63,937 nt of DNA, from assembly GCA_013265495.1 (NCBI GenBank), contig MU058213.1:6712066-6776002 (forward strand), read 5' to 3'. The notes beneath the pieces were generated by a model that searched no databases, was not told the DNA's origin, and saw nothing but the letters and a program-made list of their open reading frames with translations. Positions 62,449-63,937 of this stretch are shown here, piece after piece (the first letter of the stretch is position 1; every line of letters begins with the position of its first letter). Made by a program: the position numbers and the translations under genes. Origin of the DNA: Vicugna vicugna (lineage: Eukaryota).

Positions 62449-63937
62449 AAAAGGAAGAAGTAAAACTGTCTCTGTTTGCAAGCGACATGATACTATACAT
62501 AGAAAATCCTAAAGATGCCATCAGAAAACTACTAGAGCTCATTAATGAAGTTGGTAAAGTTGCAGGACACAAAATTAGTATATAGAAATTTGTTGCATTT
62601 CTATACACTAACAACAACATATCTGAAAGAGAAATTAAGAAAACAATGTCATTTACAATCACATTAAAAAGAATAAAATATCTCAGAATAAACCTATCTA
62701 AGGAGGCAAAAGATCTCTACTTCAAAAACCGTAAGATGCCGATGAAAGAAACTAAAGACAACAAAAAAAACAGATGGACAGACATACTGTGTTCTTGGAT
62801 TAGAAGAATCAATATTTAAAATGACCATACTACCCAAGGCAATCTACAGATTCACTGCAATTCCTATCTAGTTACCAATGGCATTTTTCACAGAGCTAGA
62901 ACAAACAATTTTAAAATTTGTATGGAAACACAAAAGACGCCAAATAGCCAAAATAATCTTGAGAAAGAAGAATGAAACTGGAGGAATCACACTCCCTGAC
63001 TTCAATCACAAAGCTACAGTAATCAAAACAGTATACTATGGGCACAAAAACAGACACAGGTCAATGGAGCAGGATAGAAAGTCCAGAAATAAACCCACAC
63101 ACTTATGGTCAATGAATCTACAGTAAAGGAGGCAAGAACATACAATGGAGAAAAGACAGTCTTTTCAATAAATGGTGCTGAGAAAACTGGACAGCTACTT
63201 GTAAAAGAATAAAATTAGAACATTCTCTAACACCATATACAAAAATAAATTCAAAATGGATTAAAGACCTAAATATAAAATCATGTACTATAAAACTTCT
63301 AGAAGAAAACATAGGCAGAACACTCTCGGACATAAATTGCAGCAATATATTTTTTGGATCCATCTCCTATAGTAATGGGAATGAGAGCAAAAATAAACAA
63401 TTTGGAGCTAATTAAACTTATAAGCTTTTGTACAGCAAAGGAAACCATAAACAAAACGAAAAGACAACCTACCAAATAGGAGAAAATATTTGCAAATGAT
63501 GTGGCTGACAAGGGATTAATTTCCAGAATATACAAACAGCTCCTACACCTCAATATCAAAAAATAACCAACCCAATCAAAAAATGGGCAGAAGACCTAAA
63601 CAGACATTTCTCCAAAGAACACATACAGATGGCCAACAGGCACATGAAAAAATGCTCAACGTCGCTAATTATTAGAGAAATGCAAATCAAAACTACACTA
63701 AGGTAATACCTCACACCAGTCAGAATGACCATCATCAGGAAGTCTCCAAATAATAAATGCTGAAGAGGGTGAAGAGAAAAGGGAACCCTCCTATTTATAT
63801 TGTATATAAAATAGATAAACAACAAGGATCTACTGAACAGAACAAGGAACTATATTCAGTATCTTTTAATAACCTATAATGGAAAAGAATCTGAAAAAAC
63901 ACATATGTATATTATTTTTCATATATATATATATATA
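62449..63937 (+). pseudogene. LINE-1 ORF2 remnant (RT C-terminal part to CCHC start) plus 3' UTR piece; stops and frameshifts; runs off window
   Basis: From 62451: [22 protein letters not shown] (FADD changed to FASD); ORF 62878..63126 [20 protein letters not shown]...[20 protein letters not shown] near 63750-63790; 3' UTR 'aaaatagataaacaacaagg' from ~63800. Confidence 0.95.

Noticed and set aside
62449..63793. Reverse transcriptase as a retron/DGR or active retroelement
   Set aside because: Ordinary LINE-1 ORF2 with a mutated catalytic motif, stops, frameshifts and no 5' portion.
1..63937. The 60-180 aa ORFs in the supplied track as protein-coding genes (e.g. 58899..59441, 59936..60430, 3216..3701, 24339..24815)
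   Set aside because: No recognisable domains, many overlap LTR/MIR/MER repeats or microsatellites, and their lengths are typical of chance ORFs. Only L1 ORF2 remnants are recognisable.

Overview
This is mammalian (eutherian) nuclear DNA, intronic or intergenic, and probably camelid. The species call rests on the young L1 3'-UTR type and on the absence of Alu, B1/B2, Bov-B/Bov-tA, PRE1 and SINEC elements; it is recognised from memory, not from a database search. No intact protein-coding gene, RNA gene, CRISPR array or prokaryotic system can be supported. The ORF track is chance ORFs apart from LINE-1 ORF2 remnants. The window is a mosaic of ancient repeats (MIR, L2, CR1/L3, MLT1/MLT2/LTR16/LTR33 solo LTRs, hAT MER elements, a hAT transposase fossil), one ERV1-type solo LTR with a 4-bp TSD, and about nine younger truncated L1 insertions. 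Several L1 copies have inverted or template-switched structures, including one that carries an inverted copy of its own target site. Repeat-free blocks rich in homeodomain/POU/PBX/TCF motifs (best at ~24.9-26.6 kb) look like conserved developmental enhancers, and there is one well-formed candidate 59-nt exon (35915-35973, +). I found no evidence for a wholly new biological system. Boundaries of old repeats are approximate and subfamily names are by-eye assignments.
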